Shown: in pieces, positions 1 through 10,874 of the stretch
How positions within the stretch are numbered: position 1 is the stretch's first letter
How the letters are laid out: the number at the start of each line of letters is the position of its first letter
Assembly: GCA_945877575.1 (NCBI GenBank)
Contig: CAMDUE010000002.1
Span: forward strand, 197,861 to 261,860
Source: Chitinophaga pinensis
GTDB taxonomy: Bacteria; Bacteroidota; Bacteroidia; NS11-12g; UBA955
DNA length: 64,000 nucleotides
Direction of reading: 5' to 3'
The notes under the pieces: generated by a model
Told to the model about the DNA's origin: nothing
What the model saw: only the letters and a program-made list of their open reading frames with translations
The model's database searches: none
Position numbers and translations under genes: made by a program

Positions 1-187
1 TCTTATTCAGCAAAGAATATATACCGTTACAAGGGCAATACTAACGTGAATTTGTTAAAGAGAATTATTTGGTTTAGATTATTCAATTTGACATTTAAAC
101 AATTTAAATATAAAAATTATGTTACTGGAGTTGAGAACATTATTTTTTTATTTAGGAAAATAAGATGGGTGTTTAGAAGCAATCAAA

Positions 188-1324
188 TTGAATCATAGAA
201 TTATTTTAGTATTGCCTGCTCCCATCAATATGGTTGAAACCTTTATAAAAGCTTTAATTTTAGGTTTTAGGGAAAAGAAAAAAATTGACATTATCACAAT
301 TTACCCATCAACAAAACTGACTAAAAACAAATTTTTTTCAATTATTAGGGTTCCAATTTATTTGACAAGGGTATTACTTTTTTTGAAAGGTAATCAAAAC
401 AAGAATCCGTTTAAAAAAATGATACAAGTTTATATCAATCTGGAAATCTTAACTTCTAGAAAAATTGATGTGGTTCATTATTTATTTTCAAATTTAGCGG
501 TAGGAAGAGAAAACTTGGCTGATATTATTGGTGCAAAAAATTCAATTGGTTTGAGGGGTTATGATATTACATTTTATGCTATAAATCATCCTGAAGTTTA
601 TTCCGAATTGTTTTGGAATAGCATTGACTCAATCCAAACTAATTCACAAGATTTATATCAATGGGCACTTAAATGGGGAGCATCCTTAAAAACCCCTGTT
701 TCAACTATAAATGCTGCCGTAGACGATTCGTTTATACTTCCAATTGAGAATAAAAGCGTCAAAGCTTCAATTAATCAAATAAATTTGGTTTTTGTTGGAA
801 GATTGCACTGGAAAAAAGGATTGGATATGCTGATTAAGGTTTTCGTCAAACTTTTTAAAAGTCACAACGCTAAATTAGTAATAATTGGAGAAGGACCGGA
901 ACGCGAAAAACTCCAATTTCTTATTTCGAAATTTGAATTAAGGGAAAGTGTTACAATTACAGGCAAATTAGAGCAAACCGAAATTTTAAAAAAATTGGAT
1001 GAATCTGATATACTATTGGCCCCCAGTATTCAAGAGGGTTGTAGCAATGTGGTTTTGGAAGCGCAAGCTAGGGGTGTGTTTTGTATTGTGTCGGATGCAG
1101 AGGGTATGAATGAAGTTATTGAGGATCAAAAGACTGGAGTTATTTGTGAAATGTGGGAAGATCAATTATGGATTGAAGCAATATTAGAGTATGTAAGCTT
1201 AAATCAAAATACTAGGAAGGAAATAGCTGAATATTCAATCAATCGAGTATCGAAAAATTTCACTCGGTCAAAACAAATAGAAAAGTGGGAAAACTATTTT
1301 AATGAATTATGTTCGATTTCTTAA
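188..1324 (+). CDS. Glycosyltransferase family 4 (GT-B fold)
   Basis: C-terminal GT1/GT4 signature: VFVGRLHWKKGLDML...EGCSNVVLEAQARGVFCIVSD...EVIED. Part of a co-directional polysaccharide cluster. Confidence 0.7.
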   Translation: MNHRIILVLPAPINMVETFIKALILGFREKKKIDIITIYPSTKLTKNKFFSIIRVPIYLTRVLLFLKGNQNKNPFKKMIQVYINLEILTSRKIDVVHYLFSNLAVGRENLADIIGAKNSIGLRGYDITFYAINHPEVYSELFWNSIDSIQTNSQDLYQWALKWGASLKTPVSTINAAVDDSFILPIENKSVKASINQINLVFVGRLHWKKGLDMLIKVFVKLFKSHNAKLVIIGEGPEREKLQFLISKFELRESVTITGKLEQTEILKKLDESDILLAPSIQEGCSNVVLEAQARGVFCIVSDAEGMNEVIEDQKTGVICEMWEDQLWIEAILEYVSLNQNTRKEIAEYSINRVSKNFTRSKQIEKWENYFNELCSIS

Positions 1325-2625
1325 AATATATTCAACCTGCTAATTATTATAGATTGATAGGCCAAATGCCACTAGCAGTTTTGTGCGATGTATTAGTGAA
1401 TGTTCCAGATTCAAATCCATACAGAACTGAAAAGGCATGGATATTAGACAGGCTATATAATAGCTTACAATCTGGAATCATTCCAACAGTGGGGCAGGTA
1501 CGAAATCCAATACAAAATGTGATTATCACAGATGTATTTGACAATTACACATTTATCAGAAGGTATTTCTCAGTAGTTCAAGTTTTCTACGTATTTTGTG
1601 TTCGGCTAATAAGTTTCAAAAATCCATTGAAAGAGATTTTCGGATTGATGAATGCATTATGGAAGGTAAAGAGAGAAATATTAGTACCTATTCTTTACGG
1701 AGATTGGGATCATTTTCAAAGCAAAATTCTTAAAGAAAAACCACTAGTATCAGTTATTATACCGACCCTCAATCGTTATGATTATTTGAAGGATGTTTTA
1801 GCGGATTTACTGCTTCAGGACTATCAAAACTTTGAAGTAATCGTGGTGGATCAATCAGAGCCGGTGAATGAGTCATTCTATGAGAACTGGAAACTCAATA
1901 TTCAATTGATCCAACAAGAAGAAAAAGCTTTATGGTTAGCCCGGAATAGGGCAATTAAACAATCAAAAGGAGAATATATTTTGCTTTTTGACGATGATTC
2001 GAGAGTAGAACCTAATTGGATAGAGAATCATGTTAAATGTTTGGAGTTTTTTGAGGTGAAAATTTCTGCTGGTGTGACACATACCCTGATAGGAGGAGGT
2101 TTGGGAAAAAAAGACCATAATTTTCATCTAAGTGATGTTTTTGATACGGGCAATGCGATGGTTCACCGTTCTGTTTTTGAAAAAGTAGGTTTGTTTGACC
2201 GTCAGTTTGAAAAACAGCGAATGGGAGATTCTGAATTTGGATTGCGTTCTCTATTGGGGGGATATAATTTAATTTCAAATCCTTATGCCAAAAGAATTCA
2301 CTTAAAAGTGGAAACGGGCGGTCTTCGTCAAATGGGCAGTTGGGATGCGCTTAGACCCAAGTCGTTATTTGCTCCAAGGCCTGTGCCCAGTGTGTTATAT
2401 TTGATTAGGAAATATTACGGGAATCAAGAGGCTATTCTCTATTTAATCAAGAATATTCCACAGTCTTATATGCCCTATAAATTTAAGAAAAACAAAATTA
2501 TGAGATTGACTTATGGTTTTATTTTTCCTTTGTTTTTGCCAATTGCATTTGTGGCTGTTGTTAGATCTTGGAATTTAGCAACTGATAAAATTGAAAAAGG
2601 TCAATCGATAGCCCAATTAAATTGA
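1309..2625 (+). CDS. Glycosyltransferase family 2
   Basis: GT-A signature: VSVIIPTLNRYDYLKDVLADLLLQDYQNFEVIVVDQSEP...ILLFDDDS. Confidence 0.75.
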   Translation: MFDFLKYIQPANYYRLIGQMPLAVLCDVLVNVPDSNPYRTEKAWILDRLYNSLQSGIIPTVGQVRNPIQNVIITDVFDNYTFIRRYFSVVQVFYVFCVRLISFKNPLKEIFGLMNALWKVKREILVPILYGDWDHFQSKILKEKPLVSVIIPTLNRYDYLKDVLADLLLQDYQNFEVIVVDQSEPVNESFYENWKLNIQLIQQEEKALWLARNRAIKQSKGEYILLFDDDSRVEPNWIENHVKCLEFFEVKISAGVTHTLIGGGLGKKDHNFHLSDVFDTGNAMVHRSVFEKVGLFDRQFEKQRMGDSEFGLRSLLGGYNLISNPYAKRIHLKVETGGLRQMGSWDALRPKSLFAPRPVPSVLYLIRKYYGNQEAILYLIKNIPQSYMPYKFKKNKIMRLTYGFIFPLFLPIAFVAVVRSWNLATDKIEKGQSIAQLN

Positions 2626-3728
2626 AAAACAAAATTCTATTGGTAGCAAGCGAATTTCCTCCAGGCCCTGGAGGAATTGGGCATCATGCTTGGTTTTTGG
2701 CTAAAGAGTTAGCAAAAAGAGAGTTGATACATATCGAGGTTTTATGTCCTAAAGATTATGCCTCAGAGACAGATGTGTTGAAATTCGATGAGGTATCACC
2801 GTTTAAAATCCATCGATTTAGTAGGATAAAAGGGATAACATATCTACTTAGAATTTTCAAATTAAGTAAGCTTCTATTTGGAAATTCATTCACTCATTTT
2901 ATATCTAGCGGTAAATTTGCACTTTGGTTAATCTGGATTCAGAAAATTTTCGCTAGTAAGGCTAAAACACTCTGTATTCTTCACGGTTCTGAAGTTAATT
3001 TATCCAATAATTTACTTAGAGCATTTACCCACTCATCTATTTCTAAGTTTAATACCATTATTTCCGTTTCAAACTTTACGCAAAGTTTATTACCTAAATG
3101 GATTTTAGAAAATGAACAGCGTTTGCATGTTATTCCAAATGGATTGGATAAAAGTGATTTTGTTTTTAGCAATAATATTGTACTAAAGGGGGTACCTGCA
3201 CTTTTAACGGTGGGCCATGTATCACCACGAAAGGGCCAACATCGCTTGATTAAAGCATTGCCTAAACTAATTAAACAATTTCCCCAAATACACTATCATA
3301 TTGTAGGAAGACCTATCAATCAAAAGGTGCTAGAGGCATTAGCTAGAAAGTTGGGTGTTGAATCGCAAATTACATTCCATGGAAGTGTTAAGCAACACAA
3401 AGATTTGTGGGACTACTATCGTGCGGCGGATATTTTTGTATTGCTAAGTGAAAATCAGCCCAATGGAGATGTGGAAGGTTTTGGTATTGTGGCTTTGGAG
3501 GCTAATGCCTGTGGTACACCTGTTTTGGGGGCAATGTATTGTGGGGTCGAGGAGGCTGTGAAGCAAAAAGAGTCCGGTTTTTTGGTTGACGGTGATAATG
3601 ATGATGAGATTTATCAGGGAATTCAATTTTGTGTTTCCAATCAAAGTAACCTTCAACAGAAATGTATAGATTGGGCAGAACAGCATAATTGGTCAAGAAT
3701 AAGTGAAAGTTTCATTGAATGCCTTTAA
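2622..3728 (+). CDS. Glycosyltransferase family 4
   Basis: N-terminus KILLVASEFPPGPGGIGHHAW. C-terminal EGFGIVALEANACGTPVLG motif. Confidence 0.75.
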   Translation: MKNKILLVASEFPPGPGGIGHHAWFLAKELAKRELIHIEVLCPKDYASETDVLKFDEVSPFKIHRFSRIKGITYLLRIFKLSKLLFGNSFTHFISSGKFALWLIWIQKIFASKAKTLCILHGSEVNLSNNLLRAFTHSSISKFNTIISVSNFTQSLLPKWILENEQRLHVIPNGLDKSDFVFSNNIVLKGVPALLTVGHVSPRKGQHRLIKALPKLIKQFPQIHYHIVGRPINQKVLEALARKLGVESQITFHGSVKQHKDLWDYYRAADIFVLLSENQPNGDVEGFGIVALEANACGTPVLGAMYCGVEEAVKQKESGFLVDGDNDDEIYQGIQFCVSNQSNLQQKCIDWAEQHNWSRISESFIECL

Positions 3729-4858
3729 TTGGAAAGAAATTAGTAATAATTAGTCATACTTTACACGCCATCAATGAGCGCAGTGAGGTTGTAGGTTGGG
3801 GGCCAACGGTGGCAGAAATAAATTATTTGTCTGACCATTGGAGCGATGTTGTACATGTGGCATGTTTCGGTCAAGAAAATGCCAATGCAAGTATGAAAAG
3901 TTATTCCAATAAAAATATTCGATTTAGCCCAATTCCCACTTTTGGTGGTTTAAGAATAATTGATAAGGTTTCGGTGTTTACAAATGCATTTACCGTTATC
4001 CGAGTAATACTAAAAGAATTAAAAGGAGCGAGTCACGTGCAGATTCGTGTACCAATGGGTATTGGGGTATATGTTTTACCTTTATTCCTTTTTATACCTA
4101 GGAAATTCACTTTGTGGGTCAAATATGCCAATAATTGGGGGCATGTTTCTAGTTCATTAGGGTATCGTTTTCAGCGGTGGTTTTTAGAAAAGAAGTTTTT
4201 GAATTGCGCTGTAACAATAAATGGATTTTGGCCAAATCAAAAGAAGCACTTACAGAGCTTTGAAAATCCATGCATAACAGAAGAACAGAATAAAATAGGC
4301 CAATTAATAAATAAAGAGTTTGATAAAGAATTTAAAGTGGTTTTTGCGGGTCGAATAGATTCTGAAAAGGGCTTGGACTTCTTATTAGAGATAATTCCAA
4401 AGCTCCCCAATGAAAAAATACAAGAATGGGTATTTATTGGTGATGGATCATTAAGAGAAAAACTAGAAATTGAATTTAAAAAGGTGAACATCAACACTAG
4501 ATTTTTGGGATTTGTGGAACAAGAATTAGTTCATAAAGAACTTCAAGAAGCACATTTTCTCGTATTACCTAGCAAATCGGAGGGATTTCCCAAAGTAGTT
4601 GCTGAAGCTTGGAACTACGGTTGTATACCCATTTGCAGTGCAGTTGGAAGCATTCCTCATTATCTGGAAAATGAAAAAAACGGGTTCTTAATGAGCGAAT
4701 TAAATTCTATTTCTTTGCTTCAGACCATTAATGTTGCATTTTTTTTGAATTCAAAGGAATTGAAAAAAATAGCGAAAAATGGCTCTATTGGATCAACTGA
4801 ATTTAGATTTGAAAATTATTTAAAGAATCTGGAGGAAAAGATATTTCATGGTAATTGA
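3719..4858 (+). CDS. Glycosyltransferase family 1/4
   Basis: VVFAGRIDSEKGLDFLLEII...EGFPKVVAEAWNYGCIPICSAVGSIPHYL. Confidence 0.7.
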   Translation: MPLIGKKLVIISHTLHAINERSEVVGWGPTVAEINYLSDHWSDVVHVACFGQENANASMKSYSNKNIRFSPIPTFGGLRIIDKVSVFTNAFTVIRVILKELKGASHVQIRVPMGIGVYVLPLFLFIPRKFTLWVKYANNWGHVSSSLGYRFQRWFLEKKFLNCAVTINGFWPNQKKHLQSFENPCITEEQNKIGQLINKEFDKEFKVVFAGRIDSEKGLDFLLEIIPKLPNEKIQEWVFIGDGSLREKLEIEFKKVNINTRFLGFVEQELVHKELQEAHFLVLPSKSEGFPKVVAEAWNYGCIPICSAVGSIPHYLENEKNGFLMSELNSISLLQTINVAFFLNSKELKKIAKNGSIGSTEFRFENYLKNLEEKIFHGN

Positions 4859-6212
4859 AGGAATGGCCACCGAAAAGAGGAATTTACTATGGACTATAGC
4901 TCATATAGTATTAGGCTTTTTGTGTACAATTACTCCTTTTTCTTTAATAATTTGGTTTTATTTTATATTAATAACAAATATTGGTAAGAGTTTAAATCTT
5001 TTATCTCAAAAGAAAGCTGTATTTTTTTTGTCGTTATTCTCATATCTTATTTCGTTTGAAGTATTAGATAGAATGGCAAAGACTTCACCATTCATTCCAT
5101 ACGAATTGGGAAAGTACTTTTTAGTTTTAATGGGTATAATGGGTGTTTATTTTTTTGGAGTTCGTTCTAAAAAGGGTGTTTGGATGATAATATTAATAAC
5201 ACCTGCTTTGTTTTATGATTTTAGTGGACTCAGAAATTATTACGATATTATCAATTATTATTTGGGTCCACTAGCCGTTGGTTTAGGTATTGCTTTTGCT
5301 GACCGCCTCCTAATTTCTAAAATTGCATTGAACCAAATCTTGAAATTCATTTTTTGGGGTTGTTTAGCTAGTCTAACATATACATATATTAAAACTCCAG
5401 ATTTTGAGGATATAACATTTAAACTAGGGGCGAATTTTGAAACTACCGCAGGCCATTCTTCTAATCAGGTTTCTACCGTGCTAGGATTGGGAATGTTTTT
5501 GACATTTTATAGTGTTTTCAATAAGTTAAACTTTTCCGGGAATCGAATTTTCGATGGAATTATTTTATCAGGATTTACTTTCCAGGGATTGTTGAGTTTT
5601 TCCCGTGGAGGAATGATGGTAGGCGCTTTAGGTATTGTTTTGCTTATGCTTTTACCACTAAGAAAACAAAATAGAATTTTACTTAAACAAGAGAGAAGTT
5701 CTCAACGATCATTAATTTTTGGGTTTATATTAATCGTAGTTTTATATGGAGTATTCGAAGTAGCAAATTCAATTACTGGAGGGAATCTCCTATTAAGGTA
5801 TCAAGGTGAAACTCAAGGGACCTTATTGGGAACAAAAGAGGTAACAGCTGATCATTTTTTAACTGGACGCCTGGGTATTTTTGAAAAGGACCTTAAATTA
5901 TGGTTAGAAAATCCAATTACTGGGGTTGGTCTTGGAGTATCTAATTATTTGAGAGATCCTGAAAGAATTATGGCGGCACACGTAGAGATTTCACGTTTAT
6001 TTGCAGATCATGGCGTTCTTGGTGTGATATTCGCTTATATGTTTTTTACAATTCCATTTTCTAGTTGGAATCTAAATAAAAATAGTTTACATCGAAATAT
6101 AATTTTTATTTTGTTAGTTGTTTCAACTTTAACAACATTTCATGCTGCTATGAGAACTTTTGTTACGCCTTTATTTATGATCTTTGGAGTTTTGAAAATA
6201 AAAGAAAATTGA
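4848..6212 (+). CDS. O-antigen polymerase/ligase family membrane protein (Wzy-like)
   Basis: 454 aa polytopic membrane protein with about 10 hydrophobic helices and a large periplasmic loop, embedded in a glycosyltransferase cluster. Confidence 0.5.
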   Translation: MVIEGMATEKRNLLWTIAHIVLGFLCTITPFSLIIWFYFILITNIGKSLNLLSQKKAVFFLSLFSYLISFEVLDRMAKTSPFIPYELGKYFLVLMGIMGVYFFGVRSKKGVWMIILITPALFYDFSGLRNYYDIINYYLGPLAVGLGIAFADRLLISKIALNQILKFIFWGCLASLTYTYIKTPDFEDITFKLGANFETTAGHSSNQVSTVLGLGMFLTFYSVFNKLNFSGNRIFDGIILSGFTFQGLLSFSRGGMMVGALGIVLLMLLPLRKQNRILLKQERSSQRSLIFGFILIVVLYGVFEVANSITGGNLLLRYQGETQGTLLGTKEVTADHFLTGRLGIFEKDLKLWLENPITGVGLGVSNYLRDPERIMAAHVEISRLFADHGVLGVIFAYMFFTIPFSSWNLNKNSLHRNIIFILLVVSTLTTFHAAMRTFVTPLFMIFGVLKIKEN

Positions 6213-7237
6213 ATAACAGAAAAAGAGTATTATTCATTGGAGCCATAAATGAAAATAATTTACCCTTGGGGGGGGAGGAATACAAGAACCAGTTGATTTT
6301 AACAAAATTAAAAGCGGAAAAAGTCAGTTTATTTTATATCGACACTTTTAATTGGAAAAAATCTTTTACAATAATAACTATTTTATTTTGGAAATTATTA
6401 TTTAGTAGTTTTGATTCCATTTTTATTTCAGCCTCTTCGGTATCCACGTATCGGTTACTCTTTGTTTTGTCTATTATAAAACCCTCAGTGCTTAGTAAGA
6501 TAACATATGCCGTCATTGGGGGCTATTTGCCGGAAGCAATTGAAAAAGGTATTTTTAAGGTTAAAGTTTATAAAGTTTTGCATTCAATTATTGTTGAAGG
6601 AAATTTATTGAAATCCAAGTTATGTAAATTTATAGAAGCAGATAGGATAAAGGTAATCCCCAATTTCAAGGAATTTCCTTCACTCGAGTATGTTTCAACA
6701 AATAAAAGTAATTCCATTAAATTCGTCTATTTAGGTCGAATATCAGATTCAAAAGGGGTATCAGAAATAATAAGGGCATCTAAGGAAATCAAAACGTTAA
6801 GGCCAGAATTATCATTCATAATTGATTTTTATGGTCCATTAGAAGAAGATTTTGCATTTGAAGACCCCTGTAATTACATTGGATATTTAGATTTTATCAA
6901 TGAGCCTGAGAAGTCATATGCTCAATTGAATAAATACGACTGTATGTTATTTCCAACTTTTTGGAAGGGTGAAGGTTTTCCTGGAGTAATTGTAGATGCG
7001 TTTATAGCAGGGTTACCTGTTATCGCAACACATTGGAACATGAATGTTGAAATAATACAAGATGGTATTAACGGTTTTATCATTCCACCCAATGATATCA
7101 ATAGATTAACTGAAAAAATGTTATGGGTAGTTGATAATATTCATGCAATGAATATAATTCGTGAGAATAATTTAGAGCAAGCGAAAGAATATCATATTGA
7201 TAAAGTGTGGCCTGAACTTTTCAAACATGTTTTATAA
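6209..7237 (+). CDS. Glycosyltransferase family 4
   Basis: YLGRISDSKGV...EGFPGVIVDAFIAGLPVIATHWNMNVEIIQDGINGFII. Confidence 0.7.
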   Translation: MNNRKRVLFIGAINENNLPLGGEEYKNQLILTKLKAEKVSLFYIDTFNWKKSFTIITILFWKLLFSSFDSIFISASSVSTYRLLFVLSIIKPSVLSKITYAVIGGYLPEAIEKGIFKVKVYKVLHSIIVEGNLLKSKLCKFIEADRIKVIPNFKEFPSLEYVSTNKSNSIKFVYLGRISDSKGVSEIIRASKEIKTLRPELSFIIDFYGPLEEDFAFEDPCNYIGYLDFINEPEKSYAQLNKYDCMLFPTFWKGEGFPGVIVDAFIAGLPVIATHWNMNVEIIQDGINGFIIPPNDINRLTEKMLWVVDNIHAMNIIRENNLEQAKEYHIDKVWPELFKHVL

Positions 7238-8531
7238 TAGAATTTTAGAAAGAATTATACTGCCAATTGGTGATACTATTTTTGGGGGGCAATATATAAA
7301 ATCCATAAAATTAACAGAACAAATTCTTAGTCAAAACAGACAATTCATCCTTAATTTACAACGGAAAAATTTAATTGAGATTTTAACTTTAGCGCGGCAA
7401 AAGAGTGTATATTATAAACGTCTTCCAATTGAATTTCAAAACGATCCATTTAAACAATTAAGCGCTTTTCCACTGCTTACGAAAGATAATATCCGTTCAA
7501 ATTATGAGGAATTACTAACTAAGAAATCTGGACTAATAAAGAATAGTACGAGTGGTTCTACTGGCATACAAACAGAAATATATATAGATAAACAAGAACA
7601 AAGTTTAATCCGAGCAATTCAAACAATTTGGTGGAAATGGGCAGGATACCAAATAGGCACACCTATGTTACAAACAGGGCTTGGTACAACTCGTTCGTTC
7701 GAAAAAAGACTAAAAGATTTTTTCTTTCAAACATATTATCAATTTGCGTTTGGCCTTACAACAGAAAACACCTACGATGGGTTAAATTGGGCAAAAAAGA
7801 AGAAATCATTTCTAGGTGGTTACGCATCAAGCTTATTTGTATTAGCCGAAATTGCCGAAGGGCAAAAGATTAAGTTGAAATCTGCCGTATCATGGGGTGA
7901 TAAACTTTTTGATCATTACAAGAAAAAAATTGAAACGGTATTTAGTTGCAGGGTATACGAAACTTATGGAACGGGTGAAGGCCTGATGTTAGGGGCTCAA
8001 AAAGATTTGGATTATTTATACATTATGGATCCTTATTTTATTGTTGAGATATTAGATGATAATGGAAATGAAGTAGTTGATGGAGAAATTGGACATGTGG
8101 TAGTTACAAGTCTTATACATAAAACAATGCCATTAATTAGATATAAAGTAGGTGATTTAGCAATTAAATTACCATCGAATCTTTATCCCTTAAAACAAGA
8201 TTTGGCATTAGGATTATTTCAAAAAATAATAGGTAGGGAAACAGATATAATAACAACCCCATCAGGACGTAAATTAATTGTTCATTCATTTACAGGTGTT
8301 TTTGAGTATTTCTCAGAAATAAAACAGTTTCAAGTGGTACAAAAGAAAAATGATACAGCTATTACAATTAACTATATTGAAGGCATGAATTTCAGGAACA
8401 AAGTTTTAAAAGACATCCATGAAAAGCTCAATCACTTAGCAAATGAACAGTTAATGATTACTTTCAATCAAGTCTACGAAATTAAAAACTCAAAATCAGG
8501 CAAGCCTCAAATTGTTGTGATCGTCGATTGA
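7227..8531 (+). CDS. Phenylacetate-CoA ligase family adenylate-forming enzyme (CapK-like)
   Basis: AMP-binding-like motif TSGSTGIQTEIYID. ANL-superfamily architecture typical of CapK proteins in capsule and O-antigen loci. Start placed at the internal Met MFYNRIL. Confidence 0.55.
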   Translation: MFYNRILERIILPIGDTIFGGQYIKSIKLTEQILSQNRQFILNLQRKNLIEILTLARQKSVYYKRLPIEFQNDPFKQLSAFPLLTKDNIRSNYEELLTKKSGLIKNSTSGSTGIQTEIYIDKQEQSLIRAIQTIWWKWAGYQIGTPMLQTGLGTTRSFEKRLKDFFFQTYYQFAFGLTTENTYDGLNWAKKKKSFLGGYASSLFVLAEIAEGQKIKLKSAVSWGDKLFDHYKKKIETVFSCRVYETYGTGEGLMLGAQKDLDYLYIMDPYFIVEILDDNGNEVVDGEIGHVVVTSLIHKTMPLIRYKVGDLAIKLPSNLYPLKQDLALGLFQKIIGRETDIITTPSGRKLIVHSFTGVFEYFSEIKQFQVVQKKNDTAITINYIEGMNFRNKVLKDIHEKLNHLANEQLMITFNQVYEIKNSKSGKPQIVVIVD

Positions 8532-9724
8532 AAATAATTTATCTATATCAATATTTTGGCACTCCACAGGGGTCATGGTCAACCAGGGTCTATGAGTTTA
8601 CTAAGAGATGGGTTGAACTTGGGCATGAAGTAACTGTAGTTACATCACCCTATGACAAGTCAGATATTAAGGCTCAAAAATTCATTGAAAGATCCAAAAT
8701 TGAAGGTATCAACATAATCGTAATTAATGCAGGAGATAGTAATAGATATACCGTATTGAAAAGAGCCTTAAACGCCATTCTTTTTTCAATGATAAGTAGT
8801 TATTACGCAATTTTTATTAAAGCTGACGTAATAATTGCTAGTTCGGGACCAATCACTATTGGAATACCGGGTTTATTCGGTAAATGGTTTAGCAAAAAAA
8901 AGTTGGTTTTTGAGATTCGAGATTTATGGCCTTTAGGAGCTATTGAAATGGGTTTGATAAATCCGCTATTAGGGAAAATAGGATTAGAATTTGAAAAGTT
9001 AATTTATTCTCAGTCCACATTCCTAGTAACTTGCTCAATTGGCATGGAAAATAACATAAAGCGGAGATTTCCCAATATAGATTGTATAACAATACCAAAT
9101 GTGGCGAACGAAGAATTAATTAATAACTCTGAATTTGAAAATGACTTTTATTTTCCTTGTTGGTTAGACATTAAAAAACACAAAGTCTTTTTATACGCAG
9201 GTTCTATTGGTCGAATGGATGCCGTTGAAGAAGTAATACATGCTTTTTTTAATGGCCAAATTCCGAAAGAAATGAAAATAGTAATCATTGGGGAAGGCGT
9301 CGATAAAATCTACTTAGAACAATTGGTTAGAGAAAAACAATTAGAAAATTCAATTTACTTTTTGGGATTATTGCCAAAAACAGAAGTTGTTCAGTGGTAT
9401 AAAATAGCTGCGTTTTCATTTGTTTTATTCAAGGATTATCCTGTTTTAAGCACAAGTTCACCCAATAAGTTATTTGATTCAATTGCATATGGTGTACCAA
9501 TTATTCATAATACAACTGGTTGGATTAAGGACTTGGTTGATGATGAAAATATTGGTATTTCTGTGAAACCAAATTCGCCTCAAATGATGAATGAAGCTTT
9601 ACAACAGGCTATTGATAATTTGCATGAATATCGAAATGCTTTAAATCTTGTAAAAGCACGTTATTCAATTCAAACCATTGCCTTAAATTATGAAAACAAA
9701 CTTAAATCGTTAACCATTGCTTAA
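8528..9724 (+). CDS. Glycosyltransferase family 4, WbuB-like
   Basis: N-terminus MKIIYLYQYFGTPQGSWSTRVYEF...GHEVTVVTSPYDKSD is typical of WbuB-type L-FucNAc/QuiNAc transferases. Confidence 0.7.
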   Translation: MKIIYLYQYFGTPQGSWSTRVYEFTKRWVELGHEVTVVTSPYDKSDIKAQKFIERSKIEGINIIVINAGDSNRYTVLKRALNAILFSMISSYYAIFIKADVIIASSGPITIGIPGLFGKWFSKKKLVFEIRDLWPLGAIEMGLINPLLGKIGLEFEKLIYSQSTFLVTCSIGMENNIKRRFPNIDCITIPNVANEELINNSEFENDFYFPCWLDIKKHKVFLYAGSIGRMDAVEEVIHAFFNGQIPKEMKIVIIGEGVDKIYLEQLVREKQLENSIYFLGLLPKTEVVQWYKIAAFSFVLFKDYPVLSTSSPNKLFDSIAYGVPIIHNTTGWIKDLVDDENIGISVKPNSPQMMNEALQQAIDNLHEYRNALNLVKARYSIQTIALNYENKLKSLTIA

Positions 9725-10874
9725 TTCATTTTCTCGTAAAACCGCTTCAAATCAATTTATTCCTGAAATTGATGGACTCAGATTTTTGGCAATTATAACA
9801 GTTGTTTTTTATCATCTTAATACGGCATTATCAAAAGAAATTGGCACAGGTTTGCAGAATTCTTTGGAATTGATGGGTGGCGCAAAAAATACCTTATCAT
9901 TGGCTTGGTGGTGGATAAGGTTGGATTTGGGTGTTAAGGTCTTTTTTGCCTTAAGCGGATTTGTGTTGGCTCTTCCTTTTTTGAGATTTTATTTGGGAAA
10001 AACAGAACGAAATATAGAGCTAAAGGGTTATTTTCTGAGAAGGTTGACTCGTTTGGAACCACCTTTTATCATCAGCCTTATTGTTTTCTATTTAATTCAT
10101 TTATTTGTATTCCGTGCCGATGGTGTGGATTACCTGTATCATCTATTAGCAGGAATTGTGTATGGTCATGTTTTTATTTATGGTGAGCCAAATCCCATCA
10201 ATCCAGTTTCCTGGAGCTTAGAGACGGAAGCCCAGTTTTATTTGATTGTACCATTTATACTTTGGGTAGTATTTAGGTCCCAGAAAAAGTGGGTTTCGGG
10301 GTTGTGGATGCTTGTTTTTTTAGTATTTAGTATTTGGTTCAAACATGATTTCATTTGGAATGATTATTGGAACCGCTCAATTCCGTCATTCTTTATCAAT
10401 TTTGCAATGGGAATAATAGCTTGTTGGGTTTACTTGGAGAATTTAGAGTGGATCAAGCGAAAATCATATTTTTACGATGTGGTTGGTTTATTGTCTATGT
10501 TTGGATTGTTTTATTTCTACAAACCACAACATCACATTTTCAATATTGTGGCTTTTAATTTTTCATTGGTTATAGTATTGATTACCGCTTTTAAATCTTA
10601 TTTATTCAATTGGATATATACCCGAAAAATCATTTATACAATTGGAGGCATGTGTTACAGCATATACTTGCTGCATTATGCCTTTTTTCATTTAAGTGTT
10701 AAACTCACCAAAAAACTTTGGATTAATTCATTCGCTTACAATGAGAATCTTTTAATACAGTTATTGTTGAGCGTACCTTTGGTTTTGTTAATTTCTTCTA
10801 TCTTTTTTTTGCTGTTTGAAAGACCGTTTATGGATAAGAATTGGGTAAAAAATTTTACTAATAGATTTAATTGA
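9717..10874 (+). CDS. Acyltransferase family 3 (membrane O-acyltransferase)
   Basis: IDGLRFLAIITVVFYHL motif. About 10 TM helices. Confidence 0.65.
   Translation: MLNSFSRKTASNQFIPEIDGLRFLAIITVVFYHLNTALSKEIGTGLQNSLELMGGAKNTLSLAWWWIRLDLGVKVFFALSGFVLALPFLRFYLGKTERNIELKGYFLRRLTRLEPPFIISLIVFYLIHLFVFRADGVDYLYHLLAGIVYGHVFIYGEPNPINPVSWSLETEAQFYLIVPFILWVVFRSQKKWVSGLWMLVFLVFSIWFKHDFIWNDYWNRSIPSFFINFAMGIIACWVYLENLEWIKRKSYFYDVVGLLSMFGLFYFYKPQHHIFNIVAFNFSLVIVLITAFKSYLFNWIYTRKIIYTIGGMCYSIYLLHYAFFHLSVKLTKKLWINSFAYNENLLIQLLLSVPLVLLISSIFFLLFERPFMDKNWVKNFTNRFN

Noticed and set aside
1-187. Possible RNA gene or regulatory element in the 187-bp leader before the first glycosyltransferase
   Set aside because: The stretch is AT-rich with no recognisable secondary structure or conserved motif. 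It is most likely just the promoter/UTR, and it is also at the window edge.
7628-7873. 81-aa ORF inside the CapK-like gene in another frame
   Set aside because: It is a same-strand overlapping frame inside a well-supported CDS and is a basic low-complexity product. It is spurious.
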